Below, one piece after another: positions 1-9,141 of a stretch of DNA of 32,000 bases. The first letter of the stretch is position 1, and each line of letters begins with the position of its first letter. The DNA lies in the NCBI GenBank assembly GCA_030606485.1, contig JAUWGH010000004.1, positions 120,001-152,000 on the forward strand, in the 5' to 3' direction. A program made the translations under genes and the position numbers. This stretch comes from Promethearchaeota archaeon (GTDB lineage Archaea > Asgardarchaeota > Lokiarchaeia > Sigyniarchaeales > SOKP01). The notes under the pieces were generated by a model. The model was not told the origin of the DNA and searched no databases. It worked only from the letters and a program-made list of their open reading frames with translations.

Positions 1-3
1 GAA

Positions 4-861
4 ATGAGTGATATCTTTGGACGAATCTGGGAAGTGATGAACAATGAAGGTAATTTCTTTCCGTTCTATAAATATGGAACTCTGAATTCGCTCGAAAAAT
101 GGGAAGTGCTCAAGAAAGATTTAGAAGAGACTTTAACAGATAAATATTGTAAGATGGCCAAAAAATTTTATAGGCGAATTAATAAAAAACATAAGGATAA
201 GATTTTCGTTTTTGTAACTAACGATTTAGCCGGTATTTTTGAGTCAGTATGGCAAGGAATGGGAATTGAGCATTTTTCAAAGCAACTCCATAAGAATCCG
301 AGTTTTATTAAAGAAGTATATGATGTTTATGCTGATTTTAACATTGCTTTAGCTAACACTTATATGGATGTAGGTATGGAGGTTTGGATTGAATCAGGAG
401 ATTTGGCGTACAGATCCGGTCCAATGATGTCGCCAAAAAAATTTAATGATTTGCTTTTGCCTGCTTATAAGAAATTAGTGGATGTAATTCATGAACGAGG
501 GCAAAAAATTGTACTTCATACCGATGGTCAAATTACTCCTTTATTAGATTTTACAGTAAGTTGTGGTTTCGATGGCCTTCATGCGCTCGAACCAACTGCG
601 GGAGTTGATTTGGCATTAGTTAAGAGAAAGGTGGGGGACAAACTCTGTCTTTTGGGTAATGTTGATGTTTCACATGTGCTTACAGCTAATGGAACAAAAG
701 AAGATGTAGAAGCTTGGGTTAAAAGTGCAATTAAAACAGCGGGACCTGGTGGAGGTTATATTTGTTCTGCTACTAATATACATCCAGGTGTTGAACCAGA
801 AAATTTAAAATGGATGGTTGAGGCAGCACACAAGTTTGGAACATATCCGCTCAATTTATAA
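4..861 (+). CDS. Uroporphyrinogen decarboxylase (URO-D)/MtaA-CmuA family protein, possibly 5'-truncated by the window edge
   Basis: C-terminal family motifs LHTDG, GFDGLHALEP, LLGNVD, GGGYICSATN; ORF begins at base 4, so the true start may lie upstream. Confidence 0.8.
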   Translation: MSDIFGRIWEVMNNEGNFFPFYKYGTLNSLEKWEVLKKDLEETLTDKYCKMAKKFYRRINKKHKDKIFVFVTNDLAGIFESVWQGMGIEHFSKQLHKNPSFIKEVYDVYADFNIALANTYMDVGMEVWIESGDLAYRSGPMMSPKKFNDLLLPAYKKLVDVIHERGQKIVLHTDGQITPLLDFTVSCGFDGLHALEPTAGVDLALVKRKVGDKLCLLGNVDVSHVLTANGTKEDVEAWVKSAIKTAGPGGGYICSATNIHPGVEPENLKWMVEAAHKFGTYPLNL

Positions 862-922
862 TTGGGTTGTTTTTTTTTGATTTTAATTTTTTTATTTATA
901 ATAACAAATTTTTATCCGTACA

Positions 923-1351
923 TTATTGTTCCCAATGCATGAACATTCCTGGCATATCTGGAGATCGTTCGATAAATCCATACTTTTCGTAAAGCTTAGC
1001 AACTCCCTCCGCTGCCATTAAACCAATAAAAGAATTGGTGTAAACATGTTCCTTAAAATAATCCATGATGGCATTCATAATGCGTTTGCCAATTCCTTTT
1101 CTTTGATACTCAGGCAATACTATTACATCTTGAATATAGAAATAAATAGCCCCATCTCCAATTATTCTCCCACATCCAATAACTTCATTATTGAGGATAA
1201 CACATATCGAAAAAAGGGAGTTATTTAAACCAATTTCCACTACTTTAGGCTCTTTTTTCCCCCATCCAACAGCTTTTCGGAGTTTTTGGTATTCTTCTAC
1301 AGTCGGTAAGCGTTCAACTAAAATATATTTATCGCTCATATTTATTATCAT
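923..1351 (-). CDS. GNAT family N-acetyltransferase
   Basis: Motif A YIQDVIVLPEYQRKGIGK (Q/RxxGxG/A) and C-terminal LYEKYGF. Confidence 0.9.
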   Translation of the reverse strand: MIINMSDKYILVERLPTVEEYQKLRKAVGWGKKEPKVVEIGLNNSLFSICVILNNEVIGCGRIIGDGAIYFYIQDVIVLPEYQRKGIGKRIMNAIMDYFKEHVYTNSFIGLMAAEGVAKLYEKYGFIERSPDMPGMFMHWEQ

Positions 1352-1465
1352 TTTTAAAAGAATTTGTAACTATGATTTATTATTATAGTATATTTAAATT
1401 TTAAAAGATTCTATAGTAATTAAATTACAATGACTTAGAAATTTAACAACATACAAAAGTAAAGT

Positions 1466-2338
1466 TTGATACAACATATAAATATTCTAACAACGGGTGG
1501 AATTCCTATTCTTTTCCGAAATTATGGAGAAGCAGAAGTTAGTGAGGAGTTAATTGCAGGTTTCATAAGTTCTATCTCAACTTTTTTTTCACATATTAAC
1601 CATTCAAAAATAAAATCTAGTGAAACTGAAGATAATAAATATTTCTATAAATCTACACAAGATATAATATTTGTAGTAGGTGCAGATAAAAGTGATGATG
1701 ATTATGAAGTTATTAATAAACTGCAATTAATCTCTAAGAAATTTTTACAAACATATGGAGAATTATTTCGAGATAATAAATGGCGTGGTGATAGCACAAC
1801 CTTTAAGAACTTTTTCGGAGTGCTTGATAACATTATAATGGGTTCAATAAAAATTTCGATAATTGGATTCGATGGAGTCGGAAAAACAACTCTACTTCAT
1901 TTAATTTGTGGAAAAGAAATAAATTTAGAATATAGACCAACAATTGCCACAGATATTGCTATCTATGATGGTTTGGGTGGAGATAGGGAAGTTATTTTTT
2001 GGGATTTCGCTGGTCAGAAAAATTTTCGCAGTTTATGGAAGAATTTATTAATTAATACAAAAATTGCCTTGCTCGTTACAGATTCCACTTATGAGAACAT
2101 AAATGGTGCAAAGCAAATTATTCATGATATACTAGATAAATATTATAAAGATACTTTAATTATTGGGATTGCAAATAAACAAGATTTAGATAATAGATTA
2201 ACCCCTAATTTTTGTGAAAAATTACTATCCACAGATACAAGAAAAATAAAAACTCATGGTATGGTTGCTATTGACCCTATGTATCGTGAAAAAATTCATA
2301 AGATTTTAAGAAATGCAATTAATGAGATTGAGAAATAA
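1466..2338 (+). CDS. Longin-like domain fused to an Arf/Rab-like small GTPase
   Basis: N-terminal ~125 aa with longin pattern (ILTTGGIPILFRNY...ELIAGFISSISTF); C-terminal G1 GFDGVGKT, G2 Thr in YRPTIA, G3 WDFAGQ, G4 NKQD. Confidence 0.85.
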   Translation: MIQHINILTTGGIPILFRNYGEAEVSEELIAGFISSISTFFSHINHSKIKSSETEDNKYFYKSTQDIIFVVGADKSDDDYEVINKLQLISKKFLQTYGELFRDNKWRGDSTTFKNFFGVLDNIIMGSIKISIIGFDGVGKTTLLHLICGKEINLEYRPTIATDIAIYDGLGGDREVIFWDFAGQKNFRSLWKNLLINTKIALLVTDSTYENINGAKQIIHDILDKYYKDTLIIGIANKQDLDNRLTPNFCEKLLSTDTRKIKTHGMVAIDPMYREKIHKILRNAINEIEK

Positions 2339-2413
2339 TGAATTAGACTAAATTCTCAATAAATGTAAAAATTACATATATTTTTTTATATTTCTTTCCC
2401 TTTTTATTTTTGT

Positions 2414-3340
2414 ATGGATGAAATAGATTTTTCAATATGCATGATGTTGATGTGGAATTCTAGAATTCCGTATCGAGAATTAGCTGAAACCTTCAACATG
2501 AGCGTCAATTCCATCCATAAACGTATAAAATCCATGGTTAATATGGGTATCATCCAAAATTTTAACACAAAAATTAGTAGGGCATATTTAAAAGTTATTA
2601 ATGTAGTTATGTTTGGGATATCAAAGGCAAAAAATCGAGATGAACTATTAGAAAAACTCGGTGAGAAAGAATATATCTATAATGTTACTTATGCGAGTGG
2701 TAATTTAATTTATATCCACACTATTATTCGAAATTTAAATGAATTAAATTCCTTAGTTTCATTTGTAAGAAAGGAAGGTGAAATTAATGAACTTACCGTG
2801 GGTTTGGATAGCAATTCTCCAAGTAGTGGTTTGGAGGATTTTGGAGATATCTCATTTTCTGAGTTAGATTTTTTGATTATTAATGCCTTGAAGAATAATT
2901 CACGAAAGACCGTATCTGATATAGCATACGAGGTCGGGATTTCTACGAAAACCGTTACACGCCATTTAAACCGATTAATAGAGAGAAAACTTATAGAGTT
3001 TAGCATCGATTGGTACCCTGATAAATCTGCAATAGTAATGTCCATCATTAATTTACAATTGAATCCTAGCGCCAATGTTGATAGGTTGAAGTTGATAGAA
3101 GAGTTTCGTGCAAAATTCGGTAATAAAGTATTATTTTCATGGATTTTTAGTAATTTGCCAAATACGATGCTTGTATTGGTTTGGACTAATAAAATGCAAG
3201 AACTTCAAGAGTTAGAAACATCTTTAAGGTCTGAGACTATCGATTCGGTAAATATGACTGTATTACTCAAAGGTATGATGTTTTCTACATGGCAAGATAA
3301 ATATCTTGAAGAAAAAATTAAGAAAATTGAGGGCAAATAA
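2414..3340 (+). CDS. Lrp/AsnC family transcriptional regulator with two tandem wHTH-AsnC units
   Basis: Two HTH starts: MDEIDFSI...NSRIPYRELAETFNMSVNSIHKRIKSM and SELDFLIINALKNNSRKTVSDIAYEVGISTKTVTRHLNRL. Confidence 0.85.
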   Translation: MDEIDFSICMMLMWNSRIPYRELAETFNMSVNSIHKRIKSMVNMGIIQNFNTKISRAYLKVINVVMFGISKAKNRDELLEKLGEKEYIYNVTYASGNLIYIHTIIRNLNELNSLVSFVRKEGEINELTVGLDSNSPSSGLEDFGDISFSELDFLIINALKNNSRKTVSDIAYEVGISTKTVTRHLNRLIERKLIEFSIDWYPDKSAIVMSIINLQLNPSANVDRLKLIEEFRAKFGNKVLFSWIFSNLPNTMLVLVWTNKMQELQELETSLRSETIDSVNMTVLLKGMMFSTWQDKYLEEKIKKIEGK

Positions 3341-3511
3341 AAATAAACGTTTTTTTATAGGATACTATTCTTCACCTACTAAGCTTTAAAATGGGAACAA
3401 ATGGTCTAAAAATTATTTAAATACGATATTTTATAATCTTAATTTAAAACGTATAGTGAATTATTAAAATGATTTCGTGTCAAAATTCATATTTTAATGT
3501 GTATAGTTTTT

Positions 3512-3525
3512 CACCCGATCGGGTG
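3512..3525. promoter_or_regulatory. Perfect 14-bp palindrome, candidate operator upstream of the ABC exporter operon
   Basis: CACCCGATCGGGTG is its own reverse complement and GC-rich within an AT-rich intergenic region; function is inferred. Confidence 0.4.
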
Positions 3526-3645
3526 TTGAATCACCCAATTTTTATGTTTTTCTTTCCCATTTTACACCCAAGCATATACCGTCAAAATAATAAACAATTC
3601 AAGAAATAATTATTTCAGAGAATAACTCTCGGTAATAGAAATAAT

Positions 3646-3840
3646 ATGAAAAAAAAGGTGATAAAAAATATGGATGTTAAAGAAAATATTTTAGCAATAA
3701 TTTGTTATGCTGTTGCTTTAGGTATGGGAATTGTAAGTATAGTACTTAGTATTATGGGTGAGCCTGTTGATGTTATACTGCTCGGCATAGGTGTGGCTGC
3801 TTTGGGATTAGCTGGACTAGATTCTATTGATAAAGAATAG
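3646..3840 (+). CDS. Small membrane protein with two predicted TM helices
   Basis: 64 aa, two hydrophobic stretches (ILAIICYAVALGMGIVSIVLSIM; VILLGIGVAALGLAGL); co-oriented with the ABC genes. Confidence 0.65.
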   Translation: MKKKVIKNMDVKENILAIICYAVALGMGIVSIVLSIMGEPVDVILLGIGVAALGLAGLDSIDKE

Positions 3841-3879
3841 TTTATGAGAATATTGATAAAATCATGGAGTAGATAAAAA

Positions 3880-4686
3880 ATGTTAGCAAAATCAAACATT
3901 AAAGATAAACCACAAAAACCTGAGGATGTATTCAATCCAGATAATAACTCAGCAATAATAATCAAAGATCTCGTAAAACAATTTGAAGACGTTACCGCCG
4001 TCAATGGATTGAACCTTGAAATAAAAAAAGGCGAACTTTTTGGCCTTTTGGGACCTAATGGTGCCGGTAAGACTACAACAATAAACGTACTTTGTGGGTT
4101 ATTAAAACCAACAAAAGGAACTGCTATTGTTGGTGGTTATGATGTAAGAAAAAATCTAAAAAAGGTTAAAGAGTTAATTGGTGTATGCCCCCAAGAACCT
4201 GCAGTTTTTAAATTTCTAAATGCTAGGGAAAATATAGAACTCTTCGGAAATCTACACGCAATGCCTAAGAAAAAAATAAAAGAACGTACTGATAAACTTT
4301 TAGAATTATTAGACTTAACTGAAGCCAGTAAAAGGAAGACAAAAGGTTATAGTGGAGGCATGCGTAGAAAATTAAATATGATAATAGCATTAATCAGCGA
4401 TCCAGAAATTGCATTTCTTGATGAACCTACGGTAGGAATGGATCCTCGTGTCCGTCGTTCAACTTGGGAATTTATTGGTTCCCTCAAAAATCAAAATAAA
4501 ACAGTTATCCTAACAACTCATTATATCGAAGAAGCGGAAGCTCTCAGTGATAGAGTAGGTATTATTGATTATGGAGAACTGATAGCACTTGGACCTCCTA
4601 AAGAATTAATGGAAAAGTATGAATCTAAAAATTTAGAGGAGGTTTTTATGAAAATAACTGGTAGAAGAATAGTGGAGGGAATATAA
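3880..4686 (+). CDS. ABC transporter ATP-binding subunit (DrrA/multidrug-exporter type)
   Basis: Walker A GPNGAGKTT, signature YSGGM, Walker B IAFLDEP, H-loop TTHY. Confidence 0.95.
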   Translation: MLAKSNIKDKPQKPEDVFNPDNNSAIIIKDLVKQFEDVTAVNGLNLEIKKGELFGLLGPNGAGKTTTINVLCGLLKPTKGTAIVGGYDVRKNLKKVKELIGVCPQEPAVFKFLNARENIELFGNLHAMPKKKIKERTDKLLELLDLTEASKRKTKGYSGGMRRKLNMIIALISDPEIAFLDEPTVGMDPRVRRSTWEFIGSLKNQNKTVILTTHYIEEAEALSDRVGIIDYGELIALGPPKELMEKYESKNLEEVFMKITGRRIVEGI

Positions 4687-4687
4687 A

Positions 4688-5428
4688 ATGAATCTACAAA
4701 GAATAATGGCTCTTGTAAAAATGGAGCTGAAAAAGTTGATTAGAGAACCAGCTTATTTGTTTTTAATGCTATTGTTCCCTGCAGTCCTTACATTAGCATT
4801 TGGAATAGCTTTTGGAGATCCTGCACTTGGAATGGATTTTAGTGTAATGACACCTGGTTTAATCTCTTATGCTTGTATTTTTATAATAATGACCGTAGCT
4901 ATGTCTTTTACTGAACAACGGGAACAAGGATTGCTAAAAAGAATTAATGTAACACCTATGACGTCTGGTGAATTCATGGGAAGTCATATGATATCAAATA
5001 TGTTTATAGCCATTTTACAAGTGGTAATAGTTTTGGTAATGGCTCTTTTTTTTGGTTTTAGACCACTCAGTGATATTGTCGGATTTATTTTAGCATTTCT
5101 TATAATTGTATTATTTTCACTATGTTCAGTTGGATTAGGACTTATTACAGCAACAATTGCGAAAAGCGCTGGAGCCGCTACTGGAATTTCATTCATTTTC
5201 ATTCTTCCTCAGATGTTTTTTGGAACTTTTATACCAATAACCGACACCACTAGAATAATAGCAATGTTCCTCCCAAGTTATTACGTAGTAGATGCTTTAG
5301 CATCGATTTTCGGGGGCGCCCCATTAACAAGTGAAAATCTTTTGATAGACTTTGCTGTTATATCAATAGTTAGCGTTGCAATTATAATTATTGGAATACA
5401 GTTATTTAAAAAATATGGAAATAAATAG
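4688..5428 (+). CDS. ABC-2 type permease
   Basis: About six TM segments, EREQGLLKRINVTPM motif, starts 1 nt after the ATPase stop. Confidence 0.92.
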   Translation: MNLQRIMALVKMELKKLIREPAYLFLMLLFPAVLTLAFGIAFGDPALGMDFSVMTPGLISYACIFIIMTVAMSFTEQREQGLLKRINVTPMTSGEFMGSHMISNMFIAILQVVIVLVMALFFGFRPLSDIVGFILAFLIIVLFSLCSVGLGLITATIAKSAGAATGISFIFILPQMFFGTFIPITDTTRIIAMFLPSYYVVDALASIFGGAPLTSENLLIDFAVISIVSVAIIIIGIQLFKKYGNK

Positions 5429-5883
5429 AATAAAACTTGATTAAGACATTTAATGGAATAAAATTTTAAATTAATTTATTTTTTTTATTTATTTAACAAA
5501 ATATCCTTATATTTTTTCAGTAAATTTATATTATTACAAGATAATAAAGTAATAGGGACTCGATGACGGAGCTATTATACATTTATCGAGGACACGTACG
5601 ACAAACTTATGACTATGTGTGCATAATAATGTAGACATCCTGAGTGTATAATCAGAAATTACTGCAATAGAAAATGGGCTCTTGATTGAATGATGGAGTG
5701 TATCCAATATAATGATATGGAGCCAGTACCCAGCGTTGCAACATGGTTATTTTCCCTAATATAGCATAGAGTTTAAAGCCCTGCACGAGAGAACTTTTTT
5801 GATTTATGGAAAATCCTAAAAATGAGAAAATGTGTTAGTGTTTTGGGCTAAATCTATGCTCCCTTTTTCTTAAAAAAGAGTAT

Positions 5884-6363
5884 TTATATAAATTTAAAAT
5901 CTTCAGAACCAAATAACGATTTGAGCTCGCTGCTAATAACTTTGTGGTCAGTATATAAATATCTTTTTAATACTTCTTTTATTTTAGGAGCCCATTTTTG
6001 TAAAATCATTTTTAAAATACCTATTTGGACATCCACATCTGTAACAACGCAAGCAATTCCATCATCAAGTTTCATACCAAATAAAAAACCTTTATCATAT
6101 TCAGTTATTTGAATTTTTATTTTACCAAAACCCAAAATTTCTCCTTGTTCTTCTCCTGCTTGAAATACAGCTCCTCCAATAGCACCAATTCTTTCAACCG
6201 TTCCTTCCACTCCCTCAACTGCAAATTTTGAAACACTCATTAGAGTTATTCCAGAACTATCCATCAAAATAACGTGTCTAATTCCGATTGTAGAATTCAT
6301 TATTTTCTCAAGTATTAATTTGAGATTACGTTCATCTTTTGAACGGTCTATAGCAATACTCAA
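5884..6363 (-). CDS. Roadblock/LC7 (MglB-like) domain protein
   Basis: GIRHVILMDSSGITLMS...ERIGAIGGAVFQAGEEQG...IQITEYDKGFLFGMKL matches the Roadblock pattern; TTG start. Confidence 0.85.
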   Translation of the reverse strand: MSIAIDRSKDERNLKLILEKIMNSTIGIRHVILMDSSGITLMSVSKFAVEGVEGTVERIGAIGGAVFQAGEEQGEILGFGKIKIQITEYDKGFLFGMKLDDGIACVVTDVDVQIGILKMILQKWAPKIKEVLKRYLYTDHKVISSELKSLFGSEDFKFI

Positions 6364-6503
6364 ATCCTAATTACTCCCTTATCTTTAAATTTGAACTTCA
6401 AATAAGTTTTCTTTTCTTTATTTAAAAACCCTAATATAATAAATAAACAACTAACTTTAATATACTATTTAGGAGGAGGAGGTTAAAAAATTTAACCATA
6501 TTT

Positions 6504-6839
6504 TTAGAAAAGAGATTGTTTAGAGAGTATTTCATTTAACTGTTTAAATTTATGCGAATATTTTGCTGATTTCTTTAATAAAACCAACAATTTTATTTTC
6601 TCTTTTTTTCCAATTTCTTTCACAACTTTTATGTATTTTGAGAAATCCATAAAATCATTCGCAATTCTTACATCAGTCGCAGCTAATGCAAAAAAATCCT
6701 CATCAATTTTTAACTTTTTTGGAATCTTTGATGCAATTGGGAATCCATTCTCATCGGATAAAACTCCTGCAATAAAATTTGGAAAGGTTTTTTTAATTTT
6801 TTTTAAGAGTTCATCAACCATTTGCTGAGTTATGAGCAT
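6504..6839 (-). CDS. Divergent Roadblock-like protein
   Basis: N-half DELLKKIKKTFPNFIAGVLSDENGFPIAS resembles the Roadblock alpha1-beta1-beta2 start; C-half is divergent. Confidence 0.6.
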   Translation of the reverse strand: MLITQQMVDELLKKIKKTFPNFIAGVLSDENGFPIASKIPKKLKIDEDFFALAATDVRIANDFMDFSKYIKVVKEIGKKEKIKLLVLLKKSAKYSHKFKQLNEILSKQSLF

Positions 6840-7074
6840 AATTAAACAGACTAAATTTTAATTTAAATTTTCGATAATGTTATAATTAAATCAACTTTGA
6901 TCGATTTTTTTAATCTGTATAATATGAAGATAATATAATGCGAAGAAAATGAGATATTAGATAAATTTATGCTGAATCAGAATTTTATGCTAAGCTACAT
7001 TCTTTAAAGGAGATGTAATAAAAATGAAGGTTAAACTGAGATTTGTAAAAAAATTAAAGTTGATTTTTTAAAAA

Positions 7075-7344
7075 TTAGAGTTTTATATTTAAACTCCTTA
7101 TTAATTCTCTAAAACGTTTTTGAATAGATATATCCGATATATTTTTTTCTTTTGACAATTTATTTGCCATAAATATGGCTGCCGCTGCCAAAATTCTCGT
7201 TGGGTCATGATCTGATATAATTTCATGTGATTTTTTAATTTCTTTAGTATGTTTCATATACTTTAAGAATTTAATAACACTTTCCTCATTAATATCATCT
7301 AGATTAAGTAAATCCTTAATCAATTTGATATTTTCTCCATTCAT
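7075..7344 (-). CDS. Small protein resembling a single TFIIB/TFB C-terminal cyclin-like repeat (mini-TFB)
   Basis: ISDHDPTRILAAAAIFMANKLSKEK...ISDISIQKRFRELIRSLNIK aligns by eye with [24 protein letters not shown]...[20 protein letters not shown] of the adjacent TFB. Confidence 0.6.
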   Translation of the reverse strand: MNGENIKLIKDLLNLDDINEESVIKFLKYMKHTKEIKKSHEIISDHDPTRILAAAAIFMANKLSKEKNISDISIQKRFRELIRSLNIKL

Positions 7345-7569
7345 TTTTTCTTAACTTTCTTGAGAACTAAATTTTCTATTATAATAGCCTTGAGCTAATC
7401 AAATTTAATCTTCCTTTTAAAATAAAAGAATATGAAGATAATATGTAATTGAAAGACGTAAATTAAATTAATGAGTTTAAATTCATTGCCTTCAATTTTT
7501 TTTGAAGAAAAATATTGGAGTTAAGATATTTTATGACATTACAAGAAAGTCAAAAATCACTTCTCTTTT

Positions 7570-8541
7570 TTAATATGTATTTCTTCTGAAAGGAGGTTTA
7601 AAATTTAAATTTTCAGCTAATTCTTTATATCTATTCCTGACTGTTACCTCTGTGACTTGACTAATTCGAGCAATATCCCTTTGGGTGCGTTTTTCTTTCG
7701 ATAAAATAGAAGCGAAATAGATAGCTGCAGCAGCGACTCCAGTTGGGCCACGTCCTGAAATTAAACCTCGAGATTCTGCAATTTCGATAATTTTCATTGC
7801 AATTTTTAGACAGCTTTGAGACAATTTTAGTTCAGAGGTAAAGCGTGTTATATAATCAAAAGGTTTTGTTGGATTCAGATTTAAGTGTAATTCATTGGAG
7901 ATAAATCTGAAGGAGCGCCCAATCTCTTTTTTATTTACTCTTGCAATTTCAGAAATTTCGTTTAGAGTTCTTGGTATTTTATATATTCTACACGCTGCAT
8001 ACAAGGAAGCTGCAGCAACGCCCTCAATACTTCTTCCACGTATTAGATGAGCATCTACTGCATCACGATAGATTTTCGCGGCAGTTTCCCTTAAATTTTT
8101 AGCTAAATCTAAATTTGATGCCATTCTATCTAATTCACTTAATGCAAATGTTAGATTTCGCTCTGTAGCATCCGATACACGTATTCTACTTTGCCATTTT
8201 CTTAATCGATAAATTTGCCCACGAAGTTTAGCCGGTATTTCTTTTCCATAAATATCTTTGTTTTTCCAGTCAATCATGGTACTGAGCCCCATATCATGAA
8301 TAAGATATGTCATGGGTGCTCCTACACGAGTTCGTTTCTTTTTTTGATCTGCATCAAAGGCTCGCCACTCTGGGCCTTTATCAATATATTTTTCTTTTGT
8401 AACTAATCCGCAGTGTTCGCATATCATTTGTCCTCTATTTTCATCATAAATAATTCGTTTACTATTACATTCAGGGCAAATATCATCAAATAAAGATTGA
8501 TTTTGAAATTTTAATTTCCAAGTTCCGATGTTTTTTAACAC
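7570..8541 (-). CDS. tfb: Transcription initiation factor IIB (TFB)
   Basis: Zn ribbon CPEC...CEHCG, B-reader GPEWRAF, two cyclin repeats ([14 protein letters not shown]; [13 protein letters not shown]), C-terminal HTH TQRDIA...[13 protein letters not shown]. Confidence 0.98.
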   Translation of the reverse strand: MLKNIGTWKLKFQNQSLFDDICPECNSKRIIYDENRGQMICEHCGLVTKEKYIDKGPEWRAFDADQKKKRTRVGAPMTYLIHDMGLSTMIDWKNKDIYGKEIPAKLRGQIYRLRKWQSRIRVSDATERNLTFALSELDRMASNLDLAKNLRETAAKIYRDAVDAHLIRGRSIEGVAAASLYAACRIYKIPRTLNEISEIARVNKKEIGRSFRFISNELHLNLNPTKPFDYITRFTSELKLSQSCLKIAMKIIEIAESRGLISGRGPTGVAAAAIYFASILSKEKRTQRDIARISQVTEVTVRNRYKELAENLNFKPPFRRNTY

Positions 8542-8580
8542 CTTTTTTAATTTTAGGGGGATAATTTTTTTTTAAGTCGG

Positions 8581-8850
8581 CTACTTTTTTCTTGATTTCT
8601 TCATTTTTGTAAAAAGAGATTGAGAGGAGAAGTCAAAATCAACTTGTTTAATGTTTGTATCCAGTTGAATAGAAACAAATGGCATATCTACCGGGCCAAA
8701 AACATCTTTTATATGTCCAATCATATTCATTTTTTTATCGAATACTGGACTATAAATATTAAATTGTCCCTTTTTAAATGCTCTTGACCTAAAAATCTGA
8801 TTTTTTTTGGAAGTTCCAATGAAATTTAAGTTTAATTTGATCCAAGTCAT
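8581..8850 (-). CDS. gar1: H/ACA RNP protein Gar1/Naf1
   Basis: VFDKKMNMIGHIKDVFGPVDMPFVSI motif; typical gar1-tfb adjacency. Start placed at the ATG at 8850; the ORF track extends to 8901. Confidence 0.85.
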   Translation of the reverse strand: MTWIKLNLNFIGTSKKNQIFRSRAFKKGQFNIYSPVFDKKMNMIGHIKDVFGPVDMPFVSIQLDTNIKQVDFDFSSQSLFTKMKKSRKK

Positions 8851-9141
8851 GTAAGGGGAATGCAAAAGTATTGTTAGAATGAATAACATATGAGTAAGCA
8901 CTTTTTTATTTAAATTTTATGAAATGGTAGAATAGGAACAAAAATTTGAGTAGGTTTTATCTCTGAAGTTCTTACATCTAATTAATGGTATTAAACTAAT
9001 ATTAAAGAAAAATATATGTCCTTAAATTATTCGTGTTAATTTAATTTAATTTTCACTATTATCCGACAATTTTATTTTTATTCCCAAATCATTTTATCTT
9101 TAAAAAATACCATTTATTATTATGTATTTAAAATATAGATT

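Noticed and set aside
5554-5863. Segment as RNase P RNA, SRP RNA, C/D sRNA, SECIS or a known riboswitch
   Set aside because: Size fits RNase P or SRP RNA, but the hallmark motifs (GAGGAAAGUCC, SRP helix 8, properly ordered C and D boxes) were not found on either strand. Kept only as an unexplained segment.
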